Below are positions 39,854 to 49,337 of a stretch of 64,000 bases of DNA, one piece after another (positions within the stretch are counted from its first letter, which is position 1; each line of letters opens with the position of its first letter). The DNA comes from an uncultured Gammaproteobacteria bacterium. Lineage in GTDB: Bacteria; Patescibacteriota; Microgenomatia; Levybacterales; UBA12049. Position numbers and translations under genes: made by a program. The stretch lies in assembly GCA_964520695.1 (NCBI GenBank), contig CAZFNO010000001.1:8211-72210 (forward strand), written 5' to 3'. A model generated the notes under the pieces. The model saw only the letters and a list, made by a program, of their open reading frames with translations. It had not been told where the DNA came from and did no database searches.

Positions 39854-41866
39854 ATGGAAGGATTTAAGAAGATTGAGCTTGGCTCATCTTCTCCCGCAAC
39901 CAACACTACTTCTGATACTTCGCAGCCAGTAATCCAAACAGTCCTCCCGCAAAGATCAAGGCGAGGAAGTGAGATGGGTGGAGTTTCAAGGTTTGACAAA
40001 CTCGCTTCATTAGTCAGACTCCGAAACAAAAAAGTCGGAGTCGGACTTTTGATATTTGCCATTATTTTCTTGGTATTAATTTTAATTCCCTCATTTCTTG
40101 TTTTCTCCTCAGCAAAAAAAACATATGCACAAGTTAATTTAACTCTTGCTGCCCTTAAAAATCAGGATATAGAGCGGGCAGGCAAAGAGCTTAAAAATAC
40201 AAGAGAATCTCTTGAAGATACCAAAAATAAGCTGAATTTGCTGTTTATACTAAGATTCATCCCAGGTCCAAACATTTATTACAATGATGCAAGACACCTT
40301 GTCAATGCCGGATTCCACGGTCTTGACGCAGCTGATATCTTTGTGGAGTCTGTTGAGCCCTATGCAGATGTTTTAGGCCTTAAAGGTCAGGGAAGTTTTA
40401 CCGGAGGAACAGCCGAGCAAAGGATTCAAACAGCCGTTGCTACCATGGGCAAAGTTACGCCTAAGATAGATGAAATAGCAAAATCGCTTACTTTTGCCAA
40501 AGAAGAAATAGAAGAACTAAATTCAAATCACTATCCCGGATTTATCATGGGGGGTAAAATAAAAAATACGGTAATTAGGACAAGAACCCTGGCAAATGAC
40601 GGAGTTACATTTATTGAAGAAGCAAAACCTCTTATTAAGGTCCTTCCGGAACTTTTGGGGGAGAAAGAACCTAAAAAATATCTGGTAATTTTTCAAAATG
40701 ATAAAGAACTTAGGCCAACTGGAGGATTTATTACAGCGTATGCAATATTTAACGTTGACAAGGGAGTAATAACAGCTGAGAAGTCTGAAGATATATATTC
40801 ACTTGATGACACGATTTCAGGAAAGGAAAAAGCCCCTGAGCCAATAAGAAAATATCTTGCCAATGTCCCGCTTTATAATCTAAGAGACAGCAATCTATCG
40901 CCGGATTTCCAAAAATCTATGGAAGACTTTCGGGAGATTTATGATAAGGCAAGAGGGGGAGAGGATGTTGACGGAATTGTAGCTCTAGACACCCACGCTT
41001 TAGTTTCGGTCATGAATGTATTAGGAGATATTGAAGTTAACGGCCAGACGTTTAGCAGTACTAAAACAGATGAGCGGTGCGACTGTCCTCAAGTTATATA
41101 TGAGCTTTTAGAGTTTGCCGGAATTAGGGTGCAGTATATAAGGCCTGACAGGAAAAGCATTATTGGGGATCTCATGCTCTCGATTATGAAAAAGGCGCTT
41201 TCTTCCTCTCCTGGAAAGTATTGGGGTCCGCTGATCCAGACTGGATTTTCGGAAATTTCAAAAAAACACGTACTTTTTAGCCTTGAAAATAAAGATGCCC
41301 AAAAAGGACTTTCCGCAGTTAACGCGGCAGGAGAAATAAGAGATTTTAAGGGAGATTATTTTCACCTTAATGAAGCAAATTTTGGAGGAAGTAAATCGAA
41401 TTTATTTGTAGACCAGAACGTTACTCATGAGTACAGTATGTCAAAAGACGGAATTATAACCAAAACTGTTACAGTTAATTATAAAAATACTCATAAACCC
41501 TCAAATTGTAATTTAGAAGCTGAGAATGCCCTGTGTCTTAACGCACCATGGAGGAATTGGTTCCGAGTTTATGTTCCAAAGGGAAGTAAGTTAATAGACT
41601 CATCAGGATCTGAGGTTAAGATGTCAACATATGAAGAGTTTGGTAAAACAGTATATGAAGGGTTTTTAACAGTAAGGCCTCTGGGAATAGCAAGGCTCAC
41701 CATCAGTTATTCTCTTCCTTTCAAGCTCGAAAAAGGTTCTGACCTGCCGCTGATGATTCAAAAACAGCCGGGAACAGAAGGAGATGAATATACCATTAGA
41801 GTAGGTGACGTGGAGGTAGAAAAGTTTGTACTTGACAGGGATGTGACTTTATACTTAGACTTATAA
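39854..41866 (+). CDS. DUF4012-like extracytoplasmic protein with N-terminal TM anchor
   Basis: 'IFQNDKELRPTGGFITAYA' matches the DUF4012 core; ATG at 39854 preferred over the TTG at 39818. Confidence 0.55.
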   Translation: MEGFKKIELGSSSPATNTTSDTSQPVIQTVLPQRSRRGSEMGGVSRFDKLASLVRLRNKKVGVGLLIFAIIFLVLILIPSFLVFSSAKKTYAQVNLTLAALKNQDIERAGKELKNTRESLEDTKNKLNLLFILRFIPGPNIYYNDARHLVNAGFHGLDAADIFVESVEPYADVLGLKGQGSFTGGTAEQRIQTAVATMGKVTPKIDEIAKSLTFAKEEIEELNSNHYPGFIMGGKIKNTVIRTRTLANDGVTFIEEAKPLIKVLPELLGEKEPKKYLVIFQNDKELRPTGGFITAYAIFNVDKGVITAEKSEDIYSLDDTISGKEKAPEPIRKYLANVPLYNLRDSNLSPDFQKSMEDFREIYDKARGGEDVDGIVALDTHALVSVMNVLGDIEVNGQTFSSTKTDERCDCPQVIYELLEFAGIRVQYIRPDRKSIIGDLMLSIMKKALSSSPGKYWGPLIQTGFSEISKKHVLFSLENKDAQKGLSAVNAAGEIRDFKGDYFHLNEANFGGSKSNLFVDQNVTHEYSMSKDGIITKTVTVNYKNTHKPSNCNLEAENALCLNAPWRNWFRVYVPKGSKLIDSSGSEVKMSTYEEFGKTVYEGFLTVRPLGIARLTISYSLPFKLEKGSDLPLMIQKQPGTEGDEYTIRVGDVEVEKFVLDRDVTLYLDL

Positions 41867-41867
41867 T

Positions 41868-42404
41868 ATGAGGTCGTATAGGCTAGAGGGAATTGTTATA
41901 AAGAGAAAAGATTTTGGAGAGGCAGACCGGATTCTAACAGTTTTTACAAAGCAAAAAGGGAAAATCCAGATTGTTGCTAAGGGTGTACGCAGGATCACGA
42001 GCAGGAGGTCTTCCCACGTTGAGCTTCTTAATCAATCGATAATAGGCGTGTACGATGGAAAACTCCCGATTCTCACGGAAGCACAGTGTCTAAGCCACTT
42101 TTCAGGCCTTAAAAATGACCTTAAAAAAGCAGGATGGGCATTTTATGTTTGTGAGCTGGTAGACGGTTTGCTTGCCGAGAATCAAGAGCACAGGCAGGTT
42201 TATAGCCTGATTCAGCGAACCTTGTTTGAACTTGAAATAACTTACGATCCTCGACCTCTAATAAAGCGGTTTGAGCAGGAAATACTTATTCTTCTTGGAT
42301 TCTGGCCAAAGGAGAGATTGTTTCTTGAGGAGCCGGAGGTTTATATTGAAGATATAATGGAAAAAAAGATCAAAACAAAAAAAATCTTCTCCAAAATCTC
42401 CTAG
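41868..42404 (+). CDS. recO: DNA repair protein RecO (short form)
   Basis: 'LEGIVIKRKDFGEADRILTVFTKQKGKIQIVAKGVRR' OB-fold N-terminus typical of RecO. Confidence 0.65.
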   Translation: MRSYRLEGIVIKRKDFGEADRILTVFTKQKGKIQIVAKGVRRITSRRSSHVELLNQSIIGVYDGKLPILTEAQCLSHFSGLKNDLKKAGWAFYVCELVDGLLAENQEHRQVYSLIQRTLFELEITYDPRPLIKRFEQEILILLGFWPKERLFLEEPEVYIEDIMEKKIKTKKIFSKIS

Positions 42405-42563
42405 AGTCGCTTTGTCATTCTGAACGGATTCAATTCTCTCACCGTAAACTCCGTGAAGAATCTTTTATTTGTCTGTTATGCTGAATTTATTTCAGCATCT
42501 AGATCCTGAAACAAGTTCAGGATGACATTGGTATAGAGATTCTATTTTTGTTATCATTGCAGT

Positions 42564-43871
42564 ATGGAAGAAAACCTGATGGAAAAGATTGTCGCGCTAG
42601 CAAAACGGCGGGGTTTTATTTATCCCGGATCGGAAATCTACGGAGGGCTCGCAGGCACGTGGGATTATGGCCCGCTGGGAGTTGAGTTGAAGAATAATAT
42701 TAAAAAAGAGTGGTGGAAGTCCATGGTCCAGCTTCGAGACGACGTTGTAGGACTGGACGCAGCCATAATGATGAATCCTACTGTTTGGGAAGCCTCAGGC
42801 CACGTTAGCGCCTTCACAGACCCATTGGTTGAATGTAAGGTTTGTCACGTTCGTTTGCGAGCAGACAAAAAAGAAGAAATCGAACAGCACGAAAAAACTC
42901 ACAAAGAAGCTTCCTGGACACAGCCACGTAAGTTTAATTTATTGGTAAAAACATATTTGGGGGTTTTGGAGGAAGACAAACAAGAACTCTTTCTCCGCGG
43001 AGAAATAACACAAGGCGCTTTTGTTAATTTTGAAAATGTAGTTAGTTCGACTCGTGTCAAAATACCCTTTGGAATTGCTCAGATTGGAAAAGCATTTAGA
43101 AATGAAATAACTCCCGGAAATTTTACTTACCGCTCGCGTGAATTTGAACAGATGGAGCTTGAGTTTTTTGTCGGCCCGACCGATGCGGAAGCCAATAAAT
43201 GGTTTGAGTATTGGAAAGGGGAGCGGATGGAGTGGTATAAAAGTTTAGGTTTAAACAAAGACAAACTTCGTTTCCGAAAGCATGAAGATACAGAGCGTGC
43301 ACATTACGCCAAATCCGCGGAAGATATAGAATATGAAGCGCCCTTTGGATGGAGTGAATTTGAAGGAATTCATCACAGGGGAGATTGGGACCTCTCGCGA
43401 CATAAATTAGGATATGTTGACGAAGACGGGAAGAAATTTACACCCTGGGTCATTGAAACATCAGGAGGGGTGGACAGGTCTGCTTTATTTTTCTTACTCG
43501 ATTCTTATAAAGAAGTTGACCCTTCGGCAGGCTCAGGGCAAGGAAAAAGAGTTTGGCTAAGTTTGAATCCTAAACTCGCGCCATACAAAGTTGCAGTTTT
43601 TCCACTGTTAGGAAACAAACCTAAACTTATAGATAAAGCAAAAGGCATTTATGACAGTTTGAGGCCTCATTTTATGACCGCTTGGGATGACCGTGGTAAC
43701 ATCGGCAAGCGCTATCTTTCCCAGGATGAAGCAGGAACGCCGTGGTGTGTAACAGTTGATTTTCAAACTATTGAAGATGACACTGTCACTATCCGCGACC
43801 GCGATACAACAAAACAGGAAAGAGTAAAAATCTCAGATCTTGAATCTTACTTTAAAACTAAGTTGGAGTAA
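42564..43871 (+). CDS. glyQS: Glycine--tRNA ligase (dimeric class II)
   Basis: 'RRGFIYPGSEIYGGLAGTWDYGPLG' motif 1 region, class II motifs downstream. Confidence 0.85.
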   Translation: MEENLMEKIVALAKRRGFIYPGSEIYGGLAGTWDYGPLGVELKNNIKKEWWKSMVQLRDDVVGLDAAIMMNPTVWEASGHVSAFTDPLVECKVCHVRLRADKKEEIEQHEKTHKEASWTQPRKFNLLVKTYLGVLEEDKQELFLRGEITQGAFVNFENVVSSTRVKIPFGIAQIGKAFRNEITPGNFTYRSREFEQMELEFFVGPTDAEANKWFEYWKGERMEWYKSLGLNKDKLRFRKHEDTERAHYAKSAEDIEYEAPFGWSEFEGIHHRGDWDLSRHKLGYVDEDGKKFTPWVIETSGGVDRSALFFLLDSYKEVDPSAGSGQGKRVWLSLNPKLAPYKVAVFPLLGNKPKLIDKAKGIYDSLRPHFMTAWDDRGNIGKRYLSQDEAGTPWCVTVDFQTIEDDTVTIRDRDTTKQERVKISDLESYFKTKLE

Positions 43872-43872
43872 T

Positions 43873-43920
43873 ACTTCAATGATTTAAATCATTGAAGTAA
43901 CCATAACGGTTATTATTTTA
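43873..43920 (+). terminator. Rho-independent terminator after glyQS
   Basis: Perfect 28-nt palindrome TACTTCAATGATTT|AAATCATTGAAGTA, then a second short hairpin ATAACGGTTAT and a TATTTT run. Confidence 0.6.
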
Positions 43921-43967
43921 AATCGGAATCTTGACAATTGGTAATTTTTTAATCTATTCTAATTTAA

Positions 43968-44477
43968 GTGGAACAGCAAACAAATACAAACAAGCTTGAA
44001 AAACTAAAAGACAAAAAAATTTTAGCGGCAATTGCTGTTTTTTTAATTTTGACGGTACTTGGGGGCATATTTGTGTTTGCCAGAAATCAAAAAAATGATC
44101 AGTTCTCAAATAGTCCTTTGATTGGGGACACTTCAAATCTTCCCGAGCTTTCACCTTCGGACATAGGCATGGTTGTAACGGTTAGGAAAGATAAAAAAGC
44201 GCTGATGTTTGAGCTTACAAAAACAGACGATATAAAAACTGTTGAGTATACAATAGAATACGAAAAAGAAATTGACGGAGAAAGAGTGCCTGAGGGAATT
44301 TTTGGACTTATGAATATATCAGAAGACGGGATTACAAAGACAGATTTCAGGGAATTCGGCACTTGTTCGGCTGGTAGATGCCGCTATGATGAAGTAGTAT
44401 CTGATATAACTATTATTCTTAAGGTAACAAAGAACGACGGCAAAGAATATCAGGTTAAAGAAATTGTTAAGCTTTAA
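43968..44477 (+). CDS. Hypothetical membrane-anchored protein
   Basis: GTG start, N-terminal TM 'ILAAIAVFLILTVLGGIFVFA', no recognisable domain. Confidence 0.4.
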   Translation: MEQQTNTNKLEKLKDKKILAAIAVFLILTVLGGIFVFARNQKNDQFSNSPLIGDTSNLPELSPSDIGMVVTVRKDKKALMFELTKTDDIKTVEYTIEYEKEIDGERVPEGIFGLMNISEDGITKTDFREFGTCSAGRCRYDEVVSDITIILKVTKNDGKEYQVKEIVKL

Positions 44478-44612
44478 AAACTCCACTGGACAATTAGCCT
44501 CCAGTTAGATCGGAAGAAAACTTCTTATTTAGTGTTTCTTCGGCGTTTAAGACACTATTTTATCCATATTGGCACTTGACAGATTTTTCACAGGGATTCA
44601 AAATGATAATAA

Positions 44613-44642
44613 GTGGTACAAAGTAGGAAAAGGTAGGAAATT
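44613..44642 (+). promoter_or_regulatory. Putative MraZ operator: three 10-bp-phased direct repeats
   Basis: GTGGTACAAA / GTAGGAAAAG / GTAGGAAATT, ~45 nt upstream of mraZ and just downstream of a TTGACA -35 box (44576..44581). Confidence 0.45.
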
Positions 44643-44689
44643 TAAACTTTGTACAGACATAAGGCAGGCCGCGCCATAGGCGGGTAAAT

Positions 44690-45121
44690 ATGTTAATAGG
44701 CAGGCACGATAGTAAACTTGATGAAAAAAATAGGATTTCATTTCCCTTTAAGTTTAAAAAAGAACTTGGAGTAAATCTAATCATCACGCAAGGATTTGAA
44801 GGCTCTTTGATAGTAATTTCCAGGAAGCAGATGGGGTTTTTGACCAAGGGGTTAGAGGGTAAGCCTATAACCAACAAAGAAGCTCGTGATGTCGAAGCAT
44901 TCCTGCTTGGTTCAGCCGAAGAAGTAACCCTTGATAATAAGGGAAGATTTATTTTGCCTGACCATTTAAAAAGATATGCCGGTATAACGACAGAAGTTGC
45001 GTGTCTTGGAATTATGAATTACGTTCGGATTTGGGACAAAAAACGCTGGGAGGAGTACAACAGGGAGCACTTGATAAAAAACATTTCAGAAATTACCCAA
45101 AAACTGTCCGATGAAAAATGA
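44690..45121 (+). CDS. mraZ: Transcriptional regulator MraZ
   Basis: 'GRHDSKLDEKNRISFP' and duplicated domain 'LDNKGRFILP'. Confidence 0.85.
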   Translation: MLIGRHDSKLDEKNRISFPFKFKKELGVNLIITQGFEGSLIVISRKQMGFLTKGLEGKPITNKEARDVEAFLLGSAEEVTLDNKGRFILPDHLKRYAGITTEVACLGIMNYVRIWDKKRWEEYNREHLIKNISEITQKLSDEK

Positions 45122-46020
45122 CAAATTATCACAAGTCAGTACTTTTACAGGAAGCAATTGAAGGCCTGCGGATTCGGCCGGGAAGAAGATACATTGACGC
45201 AACGCTTGGTGGTGGAGGACACAGCCTGGCGATAATTAAGCGCGGAGGAATCGTTTTAGGTTTGGATGCAGATCAAGACGCCATAGATTTTGTTTCACAA
45301 AATCTAGAATCAAGAATTAAGAATCACGAATTAATAATTGTAAGGGGAAATTTTGCGGACATTGACAAAATTGCAAAAGATGAGGGATTTGAAAAAGTTT
45401 GGGGAATTTTGTTTGATCTGGGTGTTTCTTCCCACCAGCTCGAAACTCCGCAAAGAGGATTTTCATACCTTAAGTCAGGGCCTTTGGACATGAGAATGGA
45501 CCAAGGACTTGGAGTTAAGGCAGCCGATTTACTAAATGCGCTTGGAAAAGATGAACTTTATGAAATATTTAAAAAATTTGGTGAGGAGGGGCGTTCTCGC
45601 GCCATATCTTCGGCTATTGTGCTCGCCCGTAGAGTGAAGCCGTTTGATAAAACAGATGAATTAGTGGGTCTTTTGACAAAAGTATACGGATTTTTAGATA
45701 AAAGAGATTTTGCAAAAGCCAAAAGCAGCAGTAAAGTTTTTCAGGCGCTACGTATTGCTGTTAATGATGAATTAGGGAACTTGGAGACTGCTCTTCCTAA
45801 AGCGCTAAACCTTTTGGAAGAGGGGGGTAGAATCGCAGTGATTTCTTTTCATTCTTTGGAGGACAGAATTGTTAAAAACTTTTTTACAAAGTTTGAAAAA
45901 GAAAATAAGGGAGTTGCTGTTACAAGAAAACCTATTATTCCAAGCGAAGCTGAAATTGAGGCAAATAATAAGAGCAGGGGGTCAAAGCTCAGAATATTTG
46001 AAGCCCGTTTTCAGAGTTAG
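45118..46020 (+). CDS. rsmH: 16S rRNA (cytosine1402-N4)-methyltransferase RsmH
   Basis: 'HKSVLLQEAIEGL..YIDATLGGGGHS', 'FDLGVSSHQL'. Confidence 0.9.
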   Translation: MTNYHKSVLLQEAIEGLRIRPGRRYIDATLGGGGHSLAIIKRGGIVLGLDADQDAIDFVSQNLESRIKNHELIIVRGNFADIDKIAKDEGFEKVWGILFDLGVSSHQLETPQRGFSYLKSGPLDMRMDQGLGVKAADLLNALGKDELYEIFKKFGEEGRSRAISSAIVLARRVKPFDKTDELVGLLTKVYGFLDKRDFAKAKSSSKVFQALRIAVNDELGNLETALPKALNLLEEGGRIAVISFHSLEDRIVKNFFTKFEKENKGVAVTRKPIIPSEAEIEANNKSRGSKLRIFEARFQS

Positions 46021-46029
46021 GATTAGAAT

Positions 46030-46314
46030 ATGAAGAAACCAATTCTTATCGTATCAATGCTGATTATCACAATAGTAGCGTTATTCATAGTAAGATCTGT
46101 AGTTGCTAACGAAATTTCAACATCAGGAGTTGCTTTAGGGGTTATTGAGGATGAGACAAAAAGATATAAAACCGAAAACACACTTCTTAAAGAGCAAATA
46201 AATGATCTATCATCTCTTGCTCATATAGCTTCATCTGCAGGAAAGCTCGGATTCTCACAAAGCAAATCAAATATTGCTCTAAAGAGAGCACTTCCTATAG
46301 CTCTTGGACAATGA
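46030..46314 (+). CDS. FtsL-like small bitopic division protein
   Basis: 94 aa, single TM then coiled-coil region; sits at the ftsL position between rsmH and ftsI. Confidence 0.4.
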   Translation: MKKPILIVSMLIITIVALFIVRSVVANEISTSGVALGVIEDETKRYKTENTLLKEQINDLSSLAHIASSAGKLGFSQSKSNIALKRALPIALGQ

Positions 46315-47996
46315 TTACAAGGCTTCGAATAGTAATAGTTATATTTACAATAACATTTATCGTAATAATCTTAAGACTTTTTTATTGGCAGGTAATAAGA
46401 GCTGAGGAACTGTCAGCTCTTGGAAATGCCCAATATGGTAAATCGGTAAAAATAGAACCGGTAAGAGGAGAAATTAGAACGTCTGACGATTTTCCTATTG
46501 CTTCAAATAAAATTTCATACCTTCTTTATGCAAATCCTAAGCAAATTAGAGATAAAAACAGCGTATCAGCGTTTCTTTCAAATACGCTTTTCATTGATCA
46601 GGCATCGGTAAGCGCACAGCTTGATCAGGATTTATTTTGGGTTCCTATTCAGCGAGGGATAAATGAGAAAATAAAAAAAGAAATTGAGGAAAGAAAAATT
46701 ACAGGCCTTGGATTTGAACAGGAATTTCAGCGCCATTATCCCGAAGCATCTATGGCTGCACATCTTTTGGGCTTTGTGGGGAGGGATGAGCAGGGAAGCT
46801 CCAAGGGTTATTTTGGAATTGAGGGATTTTACGACAGAATTCTCAGGGGAAGAGAAGGCAAAGCGATTCAAATAAGAGATGCACTGGGTCGGCCGATTTT
46901 AGCACGTGTCAATAGCGAGAAGTCATTTGGTACAGACGGAGGCAGTCTTGTCCTAAACATAGACAGGTCAATTCAATATTTAGCGGAGAAAAAGCTGAAA
47001 GATGGTATAGAAAGGTACGGTGCATCAGGCGGAATGGTAGGAATTATTAACCCCAAAACCGGAGCTGTTATTGTAATGGCGGCTTTTCCCAGCTTTGAGC
47101 CCAAGAATTATGAGGTTTTTTCGGATGAAGAGTATAAGAATCCGTTTGTATCAAACCTATATGAGCCTGGATCTACATTTAAGCCGCTTGTGATGTCCGG
47201 TGCTTTTAATGAAAAACTTTTAAAACCTGCAAGCAAATGTCCAATTTGCTCGGGCCCAGTTAGTATTGGAGGGTATGAGATAAAAACATGGAATGATAAA
47301 TATTTTCCTAGCTCATCCATGCTTGAGGTTATACAGCATTCAGATAACATAGGAATGGTGTATACTGCAAAGACTTTAGGGCTTGATAAAATGATTTCTT
47401 ATCTTGATAAATTCGGCATTGGCAAGCTTACGGGAATTGACCTTGAAGGGGAAACTGCATCTTCGCTTAAGCCGAAGGATCAGTGGTACGAAGTGGATTT
47501 GGCGACAACAGGTTTTGGTCAGGGAATCTCCATAACTCCAATTCAGCTTTTAGTCGCATTCTCAGCTATTGCAAATGACGGAGTTATAATGGAGCCCCAA
47601 GTAGTTTCATCAATAATTGATAACAGCGGAAAAACTACAAAGATCAATCCAAAGAAAGTAGCCAGCCCTGTTTCTTCCTCAACCGCAAAAGTTATGAAGG
47701 AAGTGCTCGTAAATGCGGTAGAAAATGGAGAAGCAAAGTGGACAAAACTTGAAGGATATAGAATTGCCGGAAAAACCGGAACGGCGTCAATTCCTATTGA
47801 AGGAAAATATGACCCTGAGAAAACAATAGCCTCATTTATTGGTTTTGCGCCGGCCAACGATCCTAAATTTGTGATGATTGTTATTCTGGACAAACCAACC
47901 TCGGCAATATTTGGTTCAGAAACAGCAGCTCCAATTTTTTTCAGCATTGCCAAAGACCTGCTTTCTTATTTTGGTGTTGCACCAGATAATTTATGA
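46311..47996 (+). CDS. ftsI: Penicillin-binding protein (FtsI/PBP2-type transpeptidase)
   Basis: Active-site 'STFKP', 'HSDN', 'KTGTA' motifs; N-terminal TM. Confidence 0.85.
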   Translation: MITRLRIVIVIFTITFIVIILRLFYWQVIRAEELSALGNAQYGKSVKIEPVRGEIRTSDDFPIASNKISYLLYANPKQIRDKNSVSAFLSNTLFIDQASVSAQLDQDLFWVPIQRGINEKIKKEIEERKITGLGFEQEFQRHYPEASMAAHLLGFVGRDEQGSSKGYFGIEGFYDRILRGREGKAIQIRDALGRPILARVNSEKSFGTDGGSLVLNIDRSIQYLAEKKLKDGIERYGASGGMVGIINPKTGAVIVMAAFPSFEPKNYEVFSDEEYKNPFVSNLYEPGSTFKPLVMSGAFNEKLLKPASKCPICSGPVSIGGYEIKTWNDKYFPSSSMLEVIQHSDNIGMVYTAKTLGLDKMISYLDKFGIGKLTGIDLEGETASSLKPKDQWYEVDLATTGFGQGISITPIQLLVAFSAIANDGVIMEPQVVSSIIDNSGKTTKINPKKVASPVSSSTAKVMKEVLVNAVENGEAKWTKLEGYRIAGKTGTASIPIEGKYDPEKTIASFIGFAPANDPKFVMIVILDKPTSAIFGSETAAPIFFSIAKDLLSYFGVAPDNL

Positions 47997-49333
47997 AGAT
48001 ACTAATAAATTTATACCTTTCCTATATTAGATTTTTCGCAAAACTTAAAATTAAGAAAACAAAACCTACAGTTGTGGGAATTGGCGGATCAAACGGAAAA
48101 AGTTCTCTGGCATCATTTGTATATTTAGTTCTGAAAAACAAGTATAAAGTAAAGACAAGCAAGGGTAAGAACAGTGAAACGGGAATCCCTTTTAATATTT
48201 TGGATATTGATATAAAAGAATACACGCTTTTAAATTGGATCAAAGCCGCTTTTATAATACCTTTTAAGCTATTGACTGATTCACAAAAAATAGATGTTTA
48301 TGTCGCAGAGATGGGAATAGACAGTCCTGATCCCCCAAAAAATATGGAGTATCTTCTTAGAATTTTAAGGCCCAGTATTGCAGTTCTTACCAACATTTCT
48401 ATTGAGCACAGTCTTTATTTTGACTACCTTGTGAAAGAAGATGAGGATTCTCAAAGGAAAAAAAACATCTTAAAATTAATATCAAGAGAAGAAGGACTTC
48501 TTCTCAAATCTCTTGGGGGCAGCGACAGAGCTGTGGTAAATTTAGATGATGAAAATATAAAAAATCTTCTTCCCCTTAAATCAAAAATAGTAACCGTATC
48601 AAAGACGGATAAATCATCAGATTTTTATATAAAAAACGTAAAGAGCAGCTTAGAAAATTTTAATATTGAATTTATATTCCTTAATGAAATATATGAGATA
48701 AAAACTGCCCAACCCCTCCCGAATTACTATGCAACAACTCTTGTTCTTTGTATTGCGGTGTGTTTTTCCCTTGGGATAAGTATTAAAGAATCAATAATTC
48801 AACTTGAAAAAAATTTCATCCTTCCGCCCGGAAGGTTTTCAATTTTTTCCGGCGTTAAGGGAAGCATTGTAATTGATTCTTCTTATAATTCATCCCTGGA
48901 TTCGGCATCAGGAGCAATTGAAGGATTAAAGGGAATTAGTGGAAACAGAAGAAGAGTAGGGATACTGGGCGATATGAGGGAGCTAGGATCACTAAGCCGA
49001 ATTCAGCACGAACTTTTAGCGCAGATAATTTTGAAAAATTTAGATTTTGCAAGTATAATTGGACCTTTGATGGTGAAATATGTTGAACCAATTCTTAAAA
49101 AACACAATTTTAATTACACCGCATTCGGTAGCTATAAATCGGCAAAGGAAGAAATTTTAAAAAGCATAAAAGAGGATGACATAATTCTTGTTAAAGGATC
49201 ACAAAATACATTGTTTTTGGAGCGGGCAGTAGAGCTTTTGTTAAAAGATAAATCGGATATTAAGAAGCTTTGCAGAAGAGGCAGGTATTGGGATAAAGAA
49301 AGAAACAAAAGCGTAAACAAATTGTATAATTAA
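47993..49333 (+). CDS. murF: Mur ligase family protein, MurF-like (N-terminal domain absent)
   Basis: P-loop 'GIGGSNGKSS', 'KGKNSETGIP' resembling the MurF GN-NN-IGxP motif; begins directly at the P-loop. Confidence 0.5.
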   Translation: MKILINLYLSYIRFFAKLKIKKTKPTVVGIGGSNGKSSLASFVYLVLKNKYKVKTSKGKNSETGIPFNILDIDIKEYTLLNWIKAAFIIPFKLLTDSQKIDVYVAEMGIDSPDPPKNMEYLLRILRPSIAVLTNISIEHSLYFDYLVKEDEDSQRKKNILKLISREEGLLLKSLGGSDRAVVNLDDENIKNLLPLKSKIVTVSKTDKSSDFYIKNVKSSLENFNIEFIFLNEIYEIKTAQPLPNYYATTLVLCIAVCFSLGISIKESIIQLEKNFILPPGRFSIFSGVKGSIVIDSSYNSSLDSASGAIEGLKGISGNRRRVGILGDMRELGSLSRIQHELLAQIILKNLDFASIIGPLMVKYVEPILKKHNFNYTAFGSYKSAKEEILKSIKEDDIILVKGSQNTLFLERAVELLLKDKSDIKKLCRRGRYWDKERNKSVNKLYN

Positions 49334-49337
49334 ATTT

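Noticed and set aside
42405-42563. T-box riboswitch upstream of glyQS
   Set aside because: The leader is structured but lacks the T-box consensus and a specifier-loop/antiterminator arrangement, so it is reported only as an unexplained structure.
43872-43883. Possible 1-nt discrepancy at the glyQS 3' end
   Set aside because: My hand count of the A-run near 43860 gave a different frame than the ORF track. I attribute this to my own counting, keep the track coordinates, and make no frameshift claim.
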